A stretch of DNA of 63,684 nt, counting the filler, from Octopus bimaculoides (taxonomy: Eukaryota), in the NCBI RefSeq assembly GCF_001194135.2. It is 8 parts of 7 records of this genome, joined end to end, with 100 filler letters (N's around TTAATTAATTAA, not from the genome) between each part and the next. Parts side by side here need not be neighbours in the genome. Positions count along the whole stretch, not along the records: positions 1 to 27,961 come from NC_068992.1; 7 more parts are not named here. The stretch is one strand, 5' to 3'. Shown here one piece after another: positions 1-12,649 of the stretch. The notes beneath the pieces were generated by a model that was not told the DNA's origin, searched no databases, and worked only from the letters and a program-made list of their open reading frames with translations. Numbering within the stretch: the first letter of the stretch is position 1; each line of letters opens with the position of its first letter. The translations under genes were made by a program, and so were the position numbers.

Positions 1-34
<34 letters not shown>

Positions 35-36
<2 letters not shown>

Positions 37-222
37 CGTTTGTGTTTGTCCCCCACAACATCGCTTGACAACCAATTCTGGTGTGTTTACGTCCCCGTAA
101 GCTAGCGGTTCGGCAAAACAAAACCGATAGAATAAGTGCTGGGGTCGATTTCTTCGACTAAAATACTTTAAGGCGGTGCTCCAGCATGGCAGTAGTCAAG
201 TGACTGAAACGTCCAAAAAAAT
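35..222 (+). mobile_element. SINE family B, 3' half
   Basis: Matches 40065-40250 and is preceded by (TG)n. Confidence 0.8.
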
Positions 223-619
223 AATAGCATTTATATAAACAAATACGCAATCCACACGTGTATGTGAGCGTGTATGCCCCACACATACACACATTTGCGC
301 GCGTTCACACAGACCACACGCGTACAAACGCATATATATATGAGGGATAACTAGGTGTGTTGTTAGCAGTATGAATAGAAAAAAGGTGATAAGATTAATA
401 TTCATATGGCACACTAAGAGTCCATGAATTTATCTATCAGCAATTCAACTGGGACGCTTAGTGTATTATATAAACATTAATCTTATCCTATTTTGCTTTT
501 GTTGTAGTCATCCTGCTACTGTCAGTATATGTATGTATGGCGTGTGAGTGTGTGTATATGGATGCGGTATACATGTCTTTACTCATATTTCCAATTACAT
601 ATCTCATACTCTATCTCTT

Positions 620-659
<40 letters not shown>

Positions 660-881
660 TATATANNNNNNNNNNNNNNNNNNNNNNNNNNNNNNNNNNN
701 NNNNNNNNNNNNNNNNNNNNNNNNNNNNNNNNNNNNNNNNNNNNNNNNNNNNNNNNNNNNNNNNNNNNNNNNNNNNNNNNNNNNNNNNNNNNNNNNNNNN
801 NNNNNNNNNNNNNNNNNNNNNNNNNNNNNNNNNNNNNNNNNNNNNNNNNNNNNNNNNNNNNNNNNNNNNNNNNNNNNNNNN

Positions 882-940
<59 letters not shown>

Positions 941-969
941 GCATGCATGTATGTATGCATGTATGTATG

Positions 970-1003
<34 letters not shown>
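620..1003. repeat. Compound microsatellite (TA)n-gap-(TATC)n-(TATG)n
   Basis: Directly visible; similar compound arrays flank most N gaps in the window. Confidence 0.95.
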
Positions 1004-1572
1004 TACATTTACAATTATTTTTGAAAATAAAAATTATCTGTAATAATTTTCAATTGACATCCCCCAGCATCAACTATATCTCAAATTCCATTGCCGTTGA
1101 AATTAACACGTATAGAAATTAATAATGTTATTTATATGAAAAATAGTTCCCTTAATACAATCTTACTTTTTGTTAACGCTCGTAAATCTTTGAAAGCAAA
1201 TACGTATCAACGATGAAAACTATGATTACATAGAAAAAAACTAGAAAGTAGTTACGAAGTAAATGTAGGGTCTTCTCTACAAATCAGAAATGATTTTTGT
1301 GTCTTGAATATATATATATGTATGTATATATATNNNNNNNNNNNNNNNNNNNNNNNNNNNNNNNNNNNNNNNNNNNNNNNNNNNNNNNNNNNNNNNNNNN
1401 NNNNNNNNNNNNNNNNNNNNNNNNNNNNNNNNNNNNNNNNNNNNNNNNNNNNNNNNNNNNNNNNNNNNNNNNNNNNNNNNNNNNNNNNNNNNNNNNATCT
1501 TCATTGTTAAAATTGAATGGCTCAAGATGTATTTGTTGATTTGGTCTTTATATTCATAATCAGAATCATAAA

Positions 1573-1990
1573 AGAAGCGAGCTGCTAGAATCGTTAGCGA
1601 GTTAGACAAAATGCATTTCGATTCTTTTCGTGCCGGGTTCAAATTCCGCCGAAGTCGACTTTGCTTTTCATCCTTTCTAGGTCGATAACGTAAGTACCAT
1701 TCGAACGCTAGCGTCGATATAATCGACTTACTCCCTCACTTAAAATTGAAGGCCTTGTGCTAACGTTTGAAACCCTTATGAAAGAGGCCAGCTGGAAAAA
1801 AAAAAAAAACGCCCGCCGGAAAAATGCTTAGCAGTTTTTCTTCCGGTTTTGCATTCCGATTTCAAATACTGCCGAAGTCGACTTTAGCTTTCGTCTTTTC
1901 GGAGTCGATAAAATAATTACGAGTCGAACGCTGGGGTCAATGAAATCGAGTGATCTCTACCCTAAAATGAATTGCATGAAAATTAGCCCA
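1573..1990 (+). mobile_element. Two diverged SINE family A copies in tandem
   Basis: Two occurrences of the gccgaagtcgacttt...cctttc..gtcgata core. Confidence 0.75.
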
Positions 1991-3017
1991 TTATTATCAG
2001 AATCTAATAAAGTCTTTGAGGACATATAAATCTGTATCGAAACCCAGGATGTAACCATGAAAAAGATTTGTAACCTTCATAGGAATGAATGAACGTCACC
2101 ATCCTTATGACTGAGGGCTGGGTCACATACATCATCGTCAGTGTGTCTCCATAGTCTCTATGGATTGAAAATGTCGATGGGTGCCGAGTTTTCTACCGAC
2201 ATGATTTAATGTCGGCTTTGGCTCACTCTACCTTCGCCTCTTTGAAGTTACTACCTGACAATGAGAAAACTTTTTGGAGCAATCCTTCTGCAACTGCCGA
2301 GCTCGAACTGACCTCGTACATGTGCACAGAGTATTGCTCTCCCCCAGAGACATACTTTGACCGAAAATGAAGGAACGCCTCATTACCAGAGGCTTTACAA
2401 CACACCAGATACTAACTCGGTATTTCTAAGTCCCTACGTTTTTACTACAAGGCTGTTGACTCTGCGTTGGGTCAACCCATCCGTTTGATAATTATTGTTT
2501 TATTCTGTTGGGTTTCTACCTACATTCTCACCAGAAAGGCCCGGAGAGAAAATCGACTTTTAGACATGGTAATCACACCCCAAGAAATATGTTATCTCAA
2601 CAGGACTTATTTGAAGCTACACAGCAAAGAGCCAGAACTAAGATATAAGTAAATCGTAAAACTTTTAGTTATAAAGTTAAATCTTGTCTAAAGACTCGAC
2701 CAGTTGCAGGCATTTTTGAAATGGCAGTAATATGATAAATAAATAAATAAAATATAATGTTATCACAGCTAAATTAATCTTTTTTTGAAACTAAAACTAG
2801 AATATGCTTGTTGTAACATCTAGAAAATAAGAACTTCGTCTCTTGGGCATGAGACACAAGTCTATGGAAAAGAAACCACGCAAATTCTTCCGTAACTATT
2901 AACATAATATCGATTAAACGAGGTAACATAAAACGACCTAGGGTGCACAGAGACAAACGAAATATATTTATATCGTTCGATAACATGGTAATGCAATATT
3001 ATATATATTCTGTAAAT

Positions 3018-3214
3018 AATAATTATAAACTTTAAGCTTATATGCATTCATCGTGTAGTGGCTAAAGAAAATACTCTAATATTGGAGCATATAAAAGGAG
3101 GTATTATGGATATTAGTACCTACTTTTTCCGTCGAGGGCTTATATGCCCAGCATTAGACTATTTTTTTAGCCAATACACGGTGAACTCTTATAAGCTTAA
3201 AGCTTATAATTATT
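3018..3214. mobile_element. Candidate MITE with 25-bp TIRs
   Basis: 3018-3042 and 3190-3214 are inverted repeats with one mismatch (core aattataaactttaagcttata / tataagcttaaagcttataatt). The arms are AT-rich, so chance is not excluded. Confidence 0.45.
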
Positions 3215-3296
3215 TAAAGAATTTTCACTCTTCACCGTTTCTACATACAACGCAGAATATGTATGTATGCACACTCATATTGTCTTATGTATACCG

Positions 3297-4204
3297 TATA
3301 TGGTTATAAATTAGTAATACCTTCATACATTGGCGAGGTTTTCTAATCGGGGTTTAAAAACACGCCTAGTATTTCCAAGCAATCGTTGGGTTTTGTGCAC
3401 ATGGCTTATACATGAGCCCACTCCCAGTTGTAACTGTCGAGACTATGGAGCATGCCCACTTGACCTGGCGTGTGTGGTAAACTCCGCTGTATATTGGTAG
3501 AAGTAACAGCAACGCTCCATGATAACATAACCGAAAAGAATTACATCGGATTGTACGAAGGGGATTTCAAAAGGCGCTATGTTGACCACTTATCTTCTTT
3601 CCGGCGTATGGGCAAAAGTAAAGCCACTATGTTGGCCAGCCACGTATGGGACTTGAAGACCAACTCCACGTCACATACAGTCAAGTGGAAAATCGTGGGA
3701 AAATCCATGCTATATGTTAATGGACCTAAAACATGTAAGTAATGCATTGCTGAAAGCTCACATAATTTTTAGATCTACAAATTCCACCGCATTGCTCAAT
3801 TTAAGATCAGAAATTTTCTGCGAATGCAAATATAGGTGCAAGTTTCTTTTGGCGAATTGGAAACACCACCCTCTCCGGACTGAGCAGCTGTATCGCAGAT
3901 TTTAGATCCCTTCTGTTGATTCTACACCAATTAGCTTTATGGCTTCACGATTAAAGGGAACACTCTAATTCTATTTCTTCCATTTTCCCTTTCTTTTTCC
4001 GTTTCTTTTACCCTTCAATATTTTGCATCCACCTTCCTCCAGTTTTTTTCCCGTAATTTCTCTTGTTCTATTGTCCTAGTTTGCAACTTGTATAGATCAT
4101 GTGCTCAAAGCCAGATGATTGCTTGGAGACACTAGGCGTGTTATTAAAAGCTTGTTATATAACATCTCCAAAATATGAAACAATTAGTAGCTCATAACCA
4201 TATA
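3297..4204 (+). mobile_element. Truncated Penelope-like element bounded by an inverted copy of its own 3' end
   Basis: 3297-3404 is the reverse complement of 4098-4204 (roughly 70% identical by eye, colinear) and flanks the GIY-YIG fragment. Confidence 0.7.
3405..3880 (+). pseudogene. Penelope-like element C-terminal GIY-YIG endonuclease fragment
   Basis: CNCRDYGACPLDLAC linker, then KNYIGLYEGDFKRRYVDHLSSFR, LASHVWDLK, KWKIVGK, KTCK.C and LLNLRSEIFCECKYRCKFLL. This is the typical PLE endonuclease and C-terminal Cys pattern, with stops and frameshifts. Confidence 0.85.
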
Positions 4205-4597
4205 ATGTGTAAATTAAGCAATATTTATCTCTCACCGGATAGAGTACTGTTTTTGTTGATTTTACTTTGACAGAAAAGTAAACTATATATATATATATAT
4301 ATATATATNNNNNNNNNNNNNNNNNNNNNNNNNNNNNNNNNNNNNNNNNNNNNNNNNNNNNNNNNNNNNNNNNNNNNNNNNNNNNNNNNNNNNNNNNNNN
4401 NNNNNNNNNNNNNNNNNNNNNNNNNNNNNNNNNNNNNNNNNNNNNNNNNNNNNNNNNNNNNNNNNNNNNNNNNNNNNNNNNNNNNNNNNNNNNNNNNNNN
4501 NNNNNNNNNNNNNNNNNNNNNNNNNNNNNNNNNNNNNNNNNNNNNNNNNNNNNNNNNNNNNNNNNNNNNNNNNNNNNNNNNNNNNTATATATATGTA

Positions 4598-4630
<33 letters not shown>

Positions 4631-5454
4631 ATGTATGTATGTATGTATGTATGTATGTATGTATGTATACAGTGCATATATAAATATGTTTATAAATGTT
4701 TATAAATATATATACAATATCACCACAGCTCAGTGATTGAGACTAGTAAAAAGATAACATATACATTTATGTATATATTTCAAGCAGAGTTAATCTTGAT
4801 TTTGTGTCGTTCATGCCTTATCGGAAGCTATTAACTAAAACATCTTCACTCACACATTGAAACGACGTGGTAGTCTCTATGGAGAGACAGAAACATTTGT
4901 TTAAATATTTCAACTATAATAGAAATACTGTCTCTTAATACACAACTGAAGCTTATGTATTTGAACAAATAATGTACTTATATGATAATCAGTTCGGTAA
5001 ACGTATGCAATAAGAAATAGGGTTTTATTCTGCTTAGGAGAGAATTATAGTTAGAGGATTATGCTACCAGGTATTCTAGAAATGAATTATGATTTATAGG
5101 CTGTGACAGCAATGATTTAGCTGCATGAGAACGTAAATGATCGATAATTTTAAACTTATTTTGCTGAGTTCTTTAAAATAAGAAATAAACTACTGACATG
5201 TTGAAAACTGCAAATTAGTTTCGATTCATGGTTAAGTTACCCTGTAAGATCATTAAGTTGCAACAGCTACAGTTCGGTTTTCTAATTGGTGATCATATTA
5301 TTACTGTTGTAACAAAATTGTGTAAAGTAAGTTGTATATTTCAAAACCTCTAGCCCTTCTCCTTTTCGCTACCAACTTTCCTGAGATCGTTTCCTTGGTA
5401 CTATAATAAACACAATATTTTAAAGCTAGGCTAATTTTGTTCCAAATACCAGCT

Positions 5455-5681
5455 TAATTGTCCTTTCTATTAAGGCACAAGGCCAGAAATTTTGGTTGAG
5501 GAGGCTTCTTAAGCACTTGGACCCCAGTATTCAATTGGTACTAGTTTTATCGATTCCAAAAGGATGAAAGGCAAACCTGGCCACGGTTTAATTTGCCGAA
5601 TTTAAACTCAGAATGTAAAGCCGGAAGAAATGCTGCGAAGTTTTTTGACTGATATGGCAACGATTCTGCCAGCTCTCTACC
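5455..5681 (-). mobile_element. Diverged SINE family A copy
   Basis: ggcacaaggcc tail and aaggatgaaaggcaa core on the minus strand. Confidence 0.7.
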
Positions 5682-6018
5682 TGTTATAATGGGGATCCTT
5701 GTCCACTTGTGTGTTATTGTCGGCACTGTAATATTCTTGTCACCACTATTATGTTGTGGCGGTATTCCGCATCTTATTATCTTTGACTCGTCTATCGTGC
5801 TATCGCTGATAACTCCGCAAGACAATGACTTTGAAATGTCGACCTTGAAGGTTACTCGAACTCGTATATATCACGTAGCTGACGCTGACTCCAGCTGAGA
5901 ACTCGTACAACGACTCTACTACTAATGACTTCCTACAACGACTGACTGTCTGACTCTATAGTGGCTGTGTCATACTACTTTGTCACGTGGGAATGTGAGT
6001 ACCATTTTCACTACAACA
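5682..6018. mobile_element. Solo LTR (337 bp) of an LTR retrotransposon
   Basis: Starts TGTT and ends AACA, with the direct repeat CTACC on both sides (5677-5681, 6019-6023). Inserted at the 5' end of a SINE; the interior is GC-richer than the flanks. Confidence 0.75.
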
Positions 6019-6604
6019 CTACCTTACACCAACTTAAGAATGACAAAGTTGTTTCATCAAATTCCTTACAATTTTAAAAATAAGTTGAAACGGAACATGA
6101 ATATTTCAGAAGAAATATAGTGAGGAAAAGACTAATTAAATATTAATTACCGTAATACAACAGCGAAGATTTATCAAAAATATATAACAGCCGTGGGTTT
6201 TAGTGTAATACAACCATTAGCTCTTGATTTTATTTTCTGTTGACAAAATTTTCGAAATTTTATCTGCTTTGTATAGTTATAACGTTTTATTAACCATTGG
6301 TAAATTTATCAGATAGCTACCGTGAGTCGTTGGTACATATCCCGATGCTGATACTGTCACTAAAACATTAATCACGTTTGTGTGACGGTTCTGATGTTAT
6401 ATACACATGAACACAGATATCATAGACTGCATTCAAAGAAAGTCGTCAAACTGACCAGTAAGCATTCTCCTACCAACAAATATAAGCCAATCGCCAACAG
6501 ATGCGGTTTTTCTTTTCTCTGAATTTTCTACTGTTACTACAACACGTTCAGCTCCTCTGAGCAATTTTTAAATAATGCTTTTAGTTACAAGAATGATTGT
6601 TTCA

Positions 6605-6785
6605 TATTTTGGCAGAAGGTCAACATGTTAGGGGACGGGATAATCGATTGCATCGACCCAAGCACTCAACTGGTATTTACTTTATCGACTTGGAAAGGAT
6701 GAAAGGCAAAGTCGACTCAGATAGAATCTGAAATCATATTGTAAAGAACTGAGAGAAATAGCAATAGCGCTAAACGTTTTGTCCA
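6605..6785 (-). mobile_element. Diverged SINE family A copy
   Basis: gaaaggatgaaaggcaaagtcgac core. Confidence 0.7.
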
Positions 6786-6789
6786 AAAC

Positions 6790-7455
6790 AGTCTGACGTC
6801 ACACCACAAGAGAAACCGTGTCAAAGTACCAGTGACTTATCCCAGAGGTTTAATAAACCTCAGTCCGTTGTGAAAGATCATCTTAAGCATATTGATGAAT
6901 AGAGAAGAGAAGTGGGTACTTCATAACTGTGCTCCAAAAATAAAGCTGTGCATGCAACAATCTATAAGCATTTACTAACCAGGAATGAACAAAATTTTTT
7001 TCGTAATCAAATTGTAACAGGTGATAAGCAATGAATATCTCATTCTAACAATAAACGCAAGAAGCAGTGACTGACGCCATATGAAAATCCAGTTACAACA
7101 TGCAAACCAGATCTACACGAAAGAAAATTTTGCTGCTGTGCGTTTAGTGGAATACAATAGGTATTGTTCATTTCGAATTCTTGAAACAAGTGAAAAAGCA
7201 TCGTTACTGAACTTTATTGCGAACAACTTTAACACGTCAATCAATTTTGCTCAGAAAACAACTAACTGCAGTCAAGAGAAAGAGAGTAATCCTGCAGCAT
7301 GATAACGAAAGTCCACACTAAGTGAAGATAATCCAAGAAAAGATTAATTCTTTAGTATGGGAAGCTCTATCTCACCCCCCACCCTACTCACCAGACCAAG
7401 TGCCATCAGATTTTCACTTATTCAGGTCACACAAATACTTTACAAGAGGAAAAAA
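6790..7455 (+). pseudogene. Older, degraded mariner transposase fragment
   Basis: Colinear motif remnants KWVLHN (about 6910), IVTGD (7011), HDNESPH (7298) and WEALSHP.PYSPDQVPSDFHLFRS (about 7355-7430). Many stops and frameshifts; no TIRs seen. Confidence 0.8.
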
Positions 7456-7477
7456 ATTCAATTTCGTCTGTTTTTAT

Positions 7478-7625
7478 GTTCTGAGTTCAAATTCTGCCGA
7501 GGTCAACTTTGCCTTCCATCCTTCGGGGTCGATAATTAAGTACCAGTGAAACCCTGGGGTCTATGTAATCGACTAGTTCCCTCCCACCAAATTTCAGGCC
7601 TTGTGCCTATAGTTGAAAGGATTAT
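7478..7625 (+). mobile_element. 5'-truncated SINE family A copy running into (ATT)n(ACT)n
   Basis: gttctgagttcaaattctgccgaggtcaactttgccttccatccttcggggtcgata...gccttgtgcctatag. Confidence 0.78.
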
Positions 7626-7631
7626 TATTAC

Positions 7632-7723
<92 letters not shown>

Positions 7724-7728
7724 TTATT
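7621..7728. repeat. (ATT)n(ACT)n microsatellite
   Basis: Directly visible. Confidence 0.95.
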
Positions 7729-8384
7729 ATCGCTTGAATCGCGATATCAACACTCAGCGAGTGACATGTTCTTATTTTCCATTCATCACATCTTTCTCAA
7801 TTGAGACGGGGAGCGGTTGTTGAGATGAGAAGAAATATTTCCGCTTAGCTTTATTTATTTTTTACTGTTTTTTTTTTTTTTTAATATATATTTTCATTTT
7901 CATCCTTTCGCTTTCTTAATCTTAGAATCTCAATTCTGGAGAGGATTACACCGAATATCATGGATTTCTGTTTTGATTATGCTAATTTTATTTATTTATT
8001 TTTTTTCTCTCTTTTCCTATTTTTGCTTTCATTTATTTCTGAATTGCTTTGGTTGAAGATTGAAATCTCAAAAGTAGCAAAGCCACTAAAACGGAAAAGA
8101 AAAACAAAACGAATTATTTTGTTTGTGGTAGTAAAAGATAAAATCTGAAACATACTTTAACACAACTGTTTGCCGTTTACCGCCTTGCACGAAACATTTA
8201 TTTTCAGTTAGACTATTCTCAGTGGGTCAATACTTTATTAGAAAGTAATGTAAATTATGGGGTTTATGCTGAATTTATTGAACCATAGGTCAACTCTTAC
8301 AAAGCAGAAATGGAATCAAAAGAGTTCCTGCCACGATTATACAACAATCATTTCTTTTTCCAAGTATTATTTATAGAGCTCTAT

Positions 8385-9920
8385 TCCGCCAGGTCGACTT
8401 CACCTTTCATCCTTTCGGGGTCGATAAAATAAGCGCCAGTTAACTCTGGGGTCAATGTCATCGAATTATCTCCTCCCTTAAGATTGCTGGCCTAGTGCTA
8501 AAATTTGAAACCATTATTTATAGAGCTGTAAGGCAGTGAGCTTTTAGAATCGTTACACAAAATGCGTAGCCGCATTTCTTCTGATACTTTTCGTTCTGAG
8601 TTCAAATTCCGCCGAGGTCGATTTATCTTTTTGGAGTCGAAACACAAAAATCGATGTAATTGTCTAGCTTCCCGCTACAAAATTTCAGGTCTTGTACATA
8701 AGGCAGAAAGTAATATTGCCACATCTTGTCCTTTGCATCTCACAATGCATTGCTGCAGTCACCTTTCTCTCCGTTAAACCATGAAGATTTCTTCCGCTGA
8801 GTTCACCGAATCACATCTTTGTCGATAAATAAAAGGCGATATCAACCTAAGCAAGATTTGAACTCGGAACATAAAAGGATGGAAGTAAATATCGGTTTCA
8901 AATTTTGGCACAAGGTCAGCAATTTTGTGGGGAGGGGATGAGTCGATTAAATCAACCTCAATGCTCAACGGTACACATTTTATCGACCTTGAAAATATGA
9001 AAGGTAATGTCGACCTCGGTGGAGTAATGTGACTAGATACTGATTTAATATTTTGGCACAAGGCCTGGAATTTCAAGGCAGGGTGTAAGTCGATTATATC
9101 AACCGCAGTACTCGTCTAGAACTTATTTTATCGTCCCTGGAAGGATGAGAGGCAACATGGGTCTCGGCAGAATTTGAACTTAGAACGTAAAAACGGACGA
9201 ATGTAACTAAATATTGCAAAGCATTTGTCCAACGCTCTTAAGAATTTTTAATCCATCAATTTAATTGATCTCCATTTTAAAATCATAACCATTTAGGCAT
9301 CACGTGTATTTTGACTTTAAAAACAAAGTATCTTTAAAGCAGAAAAGTTAATTCAATAGTTCTACATTTCAATGTGACACAAATCTAACGGTTAATTCAA
9401 TGTCACAAAAAGTCAAACTACCGTGTTAAATCAAAATGTTATGAATTGTCACAACCATTTACAAACAACAACAACGACGAATGAATAACAAAATGTTTTA
9501 CTTTATTCATTACATAAAGACCCACATCACACCACTGATAAGGATAAATACTATGTTTCAGTGTAGCAGATTTGTTCACTGTTGCTGTCGAACCTAACTT
9601 AAATAAGTCAAAATTTCCTTCAGTTTAAAAGGAGTAGATAAGGCGGTGTGCTGGCAGAATCGTTAGCACGCCGGGCAAAATGCTGAACAGTATTTCGTTC
9701 GTCTTTACGTTCCGAGTTCAAATTCCGCTGAGGTTCACTTTGTCTTTCATCCATTCGGGATTGATAAAATAAATACCACTTGAACACTGGATCAATGTAA
9801 TTGACTTATCCCTCTTATATTTTAATATTGAAAGCAATATTTTGGCACAAGGACAACATGTTAGTGGAGGGGATAATCGATTGCATCGACCTCAGTGCTT
9901 AACTGATATTTATTTTATCG
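8385..9920. mobile_element. Cluster of about 7 diverged SINE family A fragments, both orientations
   Basis: Repeated core and tail motifs at about 8385, 8530, 8780, 8900, 9050, 9640 and 9840. Confidence 0.7.
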
Positions 9921-11218
9921 ACTTCTAAATCATTCTGACAATGTTTGTGAAATGGAACGAGATAAATGCAAATTTACTTCGATTTGATAAACAGAAACAG
10001 CTGTAAATGGCTCTGAACTACAATTAAACTATGACCTTTTAATACTAATGATCAACTTCTCGTTGTTTATTTTGCTCCATTTCTTTTCTCTCTATACACC
10101 CCCCCCCACATATATATATGCATGACATAGCAGCATGGAAGTGAAACTAAGTGTAATTTTAAGTTCAGAGGAACGAAACCAGAAATATCCTTGACGGTTC
10201 AAGCTTAAGCGCTTCTCTAGAAGGTTAGACACTGAAGTATTGAGAAAGGAAGAAAGCACAGTAATGCGGAGTTGAGTTTTAGTCTATGTCAAAACATGTT
10301 GAGAATGGTTGGCGTAAAATGACCGGAAGCGAACAGTTAGGAAAGTAGTTTCATACATTTGAGTGTGTGCGTATAATACTTATCTGTAACACTTTGAGCG
10401 TAGGTTTTCAATATATACATGGTGGGAGTGTGCAGAAATTGTACGTTGTCAAACGGAGTTATTTTCTCATAACTAAAGTTTTCATGCGATTGACGTTATT
10501 GTGCTGTACAAAATTGTTTTAGGTATTCAAGAAGTGTATTAGCTAGGCATATTAAGTATCGGGCAAGAACATTGAGTTGGCAATAAAAAACTGAGTGTTC
10601 GTTTCAGGAAATTTCAATACTGGGTCAACTAAAACTCAATAAAAGCACAGTATTGAGCAATTAAACCCAATGTGAGTTCAACCAAACTGAGTCTCGGATC
10701 AATCAATACTCAGTATTGAATCAATGAAAGCTCAGTTTTGGATCAATGAAAGCTCAGTGCTTGCCCAATGAAAGGCAATATCGACTTCGGCAGAATTTAA
10801 ACACAGAAGGTAAAGCTAGAATAAATCCCTCTGAACATTTTGCCCGGTGTGCTAACGATTCTGCCAGCTCGTCGCCTGAATATATACTAAATAAATGCGA
10901 GTTGTAGTATTGGTTAAAGTCACTGTTTTCCTTTTGTTTCCATGTTCGAACCCCACCGTCATTCACTTCCACTTTATTCTCTTTTCAGATCGATAATATA
11001 AGCATCAATGAAATAATCTTTTCTACTATTAGCACAAGACTTGAAATTTGGGGGTTGGTGACTAGTCGATTACATCGACCCCCTGTGCGAAACTGATACT
11101 TATTTCATCGACCCCGAAAGGATGAAAAGCAAAGTCGACCTCGGCGGAAATTTGAACTCAGAACGTAAGGACGGACGAAATACAGCTGAGCATTTTGCCC
11201 AGCGTGCTGACGATTCTT

Positions 11219-11663
11219 TTCTTTTCTACTCTAGGCACAAGGCCCGAAATTTTGGGAGAGGGGGCTAGTCGATTAGATCGAGCCCAGTACGCAACTGGTA
11301 CTTAATTTATCGACCCCGAAATGATGAAAAACAAAGTCGACCTCGGCGGAATTCGAACTCAGAACGTAAAGACAGACGAAATACCNNNNNNNNNNGAATT
11401 TGAACTCAGAACGTAAAGACAGACGAAATACCTATTTCGTTATTGCCCACAAGGGGCTAAACATAGAGGGAACAAACAAGAACAGACGAACGGATTAAGT
11501 CGATTACATCGACCCCAGTGCGTAACTGGTACTTAATTTATCGACCCCGAAATGATGAAAAACAAAGTCGACCTCGGCGGAATTCGAACTCAGAACGTAA
11601 AGACAGACGAAATACCGCTAAGTATTTCGCCCGGCGTGCTAACATTTCTGCAAGCTCGCCACC
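11219..11663 (-). mobile_element. SINE family A dimer
   Basis: Two core units joined at gacgaaatacc|tatttc (about 11432), the same junction as the copy at 42293-42668. Confidence 0.8.
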
Positions 11664-12213
11664 TTAATATATGCTAAATATTTGTGAGTTGCAGTATCAG
11701 GTAAAGTCACTGCTTTTCTTTTGTTTTCAAGTTCGAACCGTGCCGTCCTTCGTTTTCAATTTATTCTCTTTTCAGATCGATAATAGTAGTATCAATCAAA
11801 TAATAGGTTCCAATTGATCATCAAAGTTATGTTTCCAAACATTTTTCTATTGTATCAATGTTAAAAATCAATATGCTTCGACAGGAAATCGTGCTTCCTT
11901 CGAAACCAAGTTTTGTTTCTCTCTTCTTTGTAATTATTATTCTTTCATTTAAACAAAAGTAAAATGTTGTTGTTTTATTTTGTTTGTTGTTGTTGAAGGA
12001 TGATATAATAAAATGCATGAACAAATGACATGCATTAATCAACAATTTAAATTATCCTGTCATAATTAAAACTAACAATGGATTGAACTGTTTTTACTTA
12101 TTAAACTTTAAACTCACACCGTTTTCTCGTGGGTGTGATGGGATGGATTCTAGTTATTCTATCGGAACCACCCATTTAGCTGAAGAGCAGCTAGAAGAAA
12201 ACCGCCTACTTAT

Positions 12214-12249
<36 letters not shown>

Positions 12250-12649
12250 ATATAGTCACAGATGGCAGATAATAAATTAGCATCTTTATGAAATAACGAT
12301 TACAATTGTAACGACTGTAATCAAAAGAAAATAGCTTTTAAAAGGTAAAGGAAAAAGAGGGTGTGTGTGTGAGTGTGTGAGAGAGAGAGTGAAGGGGTGG
12401 GGAAGATGAAAAGAACGAAAACAAGAAAGAGAAAATGAGGAAGATGAAGACGAAGGAGAAAAGGAATAAGAAAATGAGGAGGAAGACATGTCTTTCGAGG
12501 TGAGATTAACTAATTAATAGCTACAGTTGATTTTAATGTTGAATTCTTAATTGCAAAAATGCCTTATTTAAATATGTTACTTTAATTTGTTTGATAAGCA
12601 GTGTAATTTTAACTGAATGCGATGGCGGCGCTGGTGTTTGAAGAGAATG

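Noticed and set aside
2040-2460. Moderately GC-rich stretch with partly open frames (WIENVDGCRVF...)
   Set aside because: Could not assign to any family; contains stops. The 14-nt match to about 56320 is probably chance.
11350-11432. 37-bp direct repeat across a 10-N gap
   Set aside because: Typical contig-overlap artefact.
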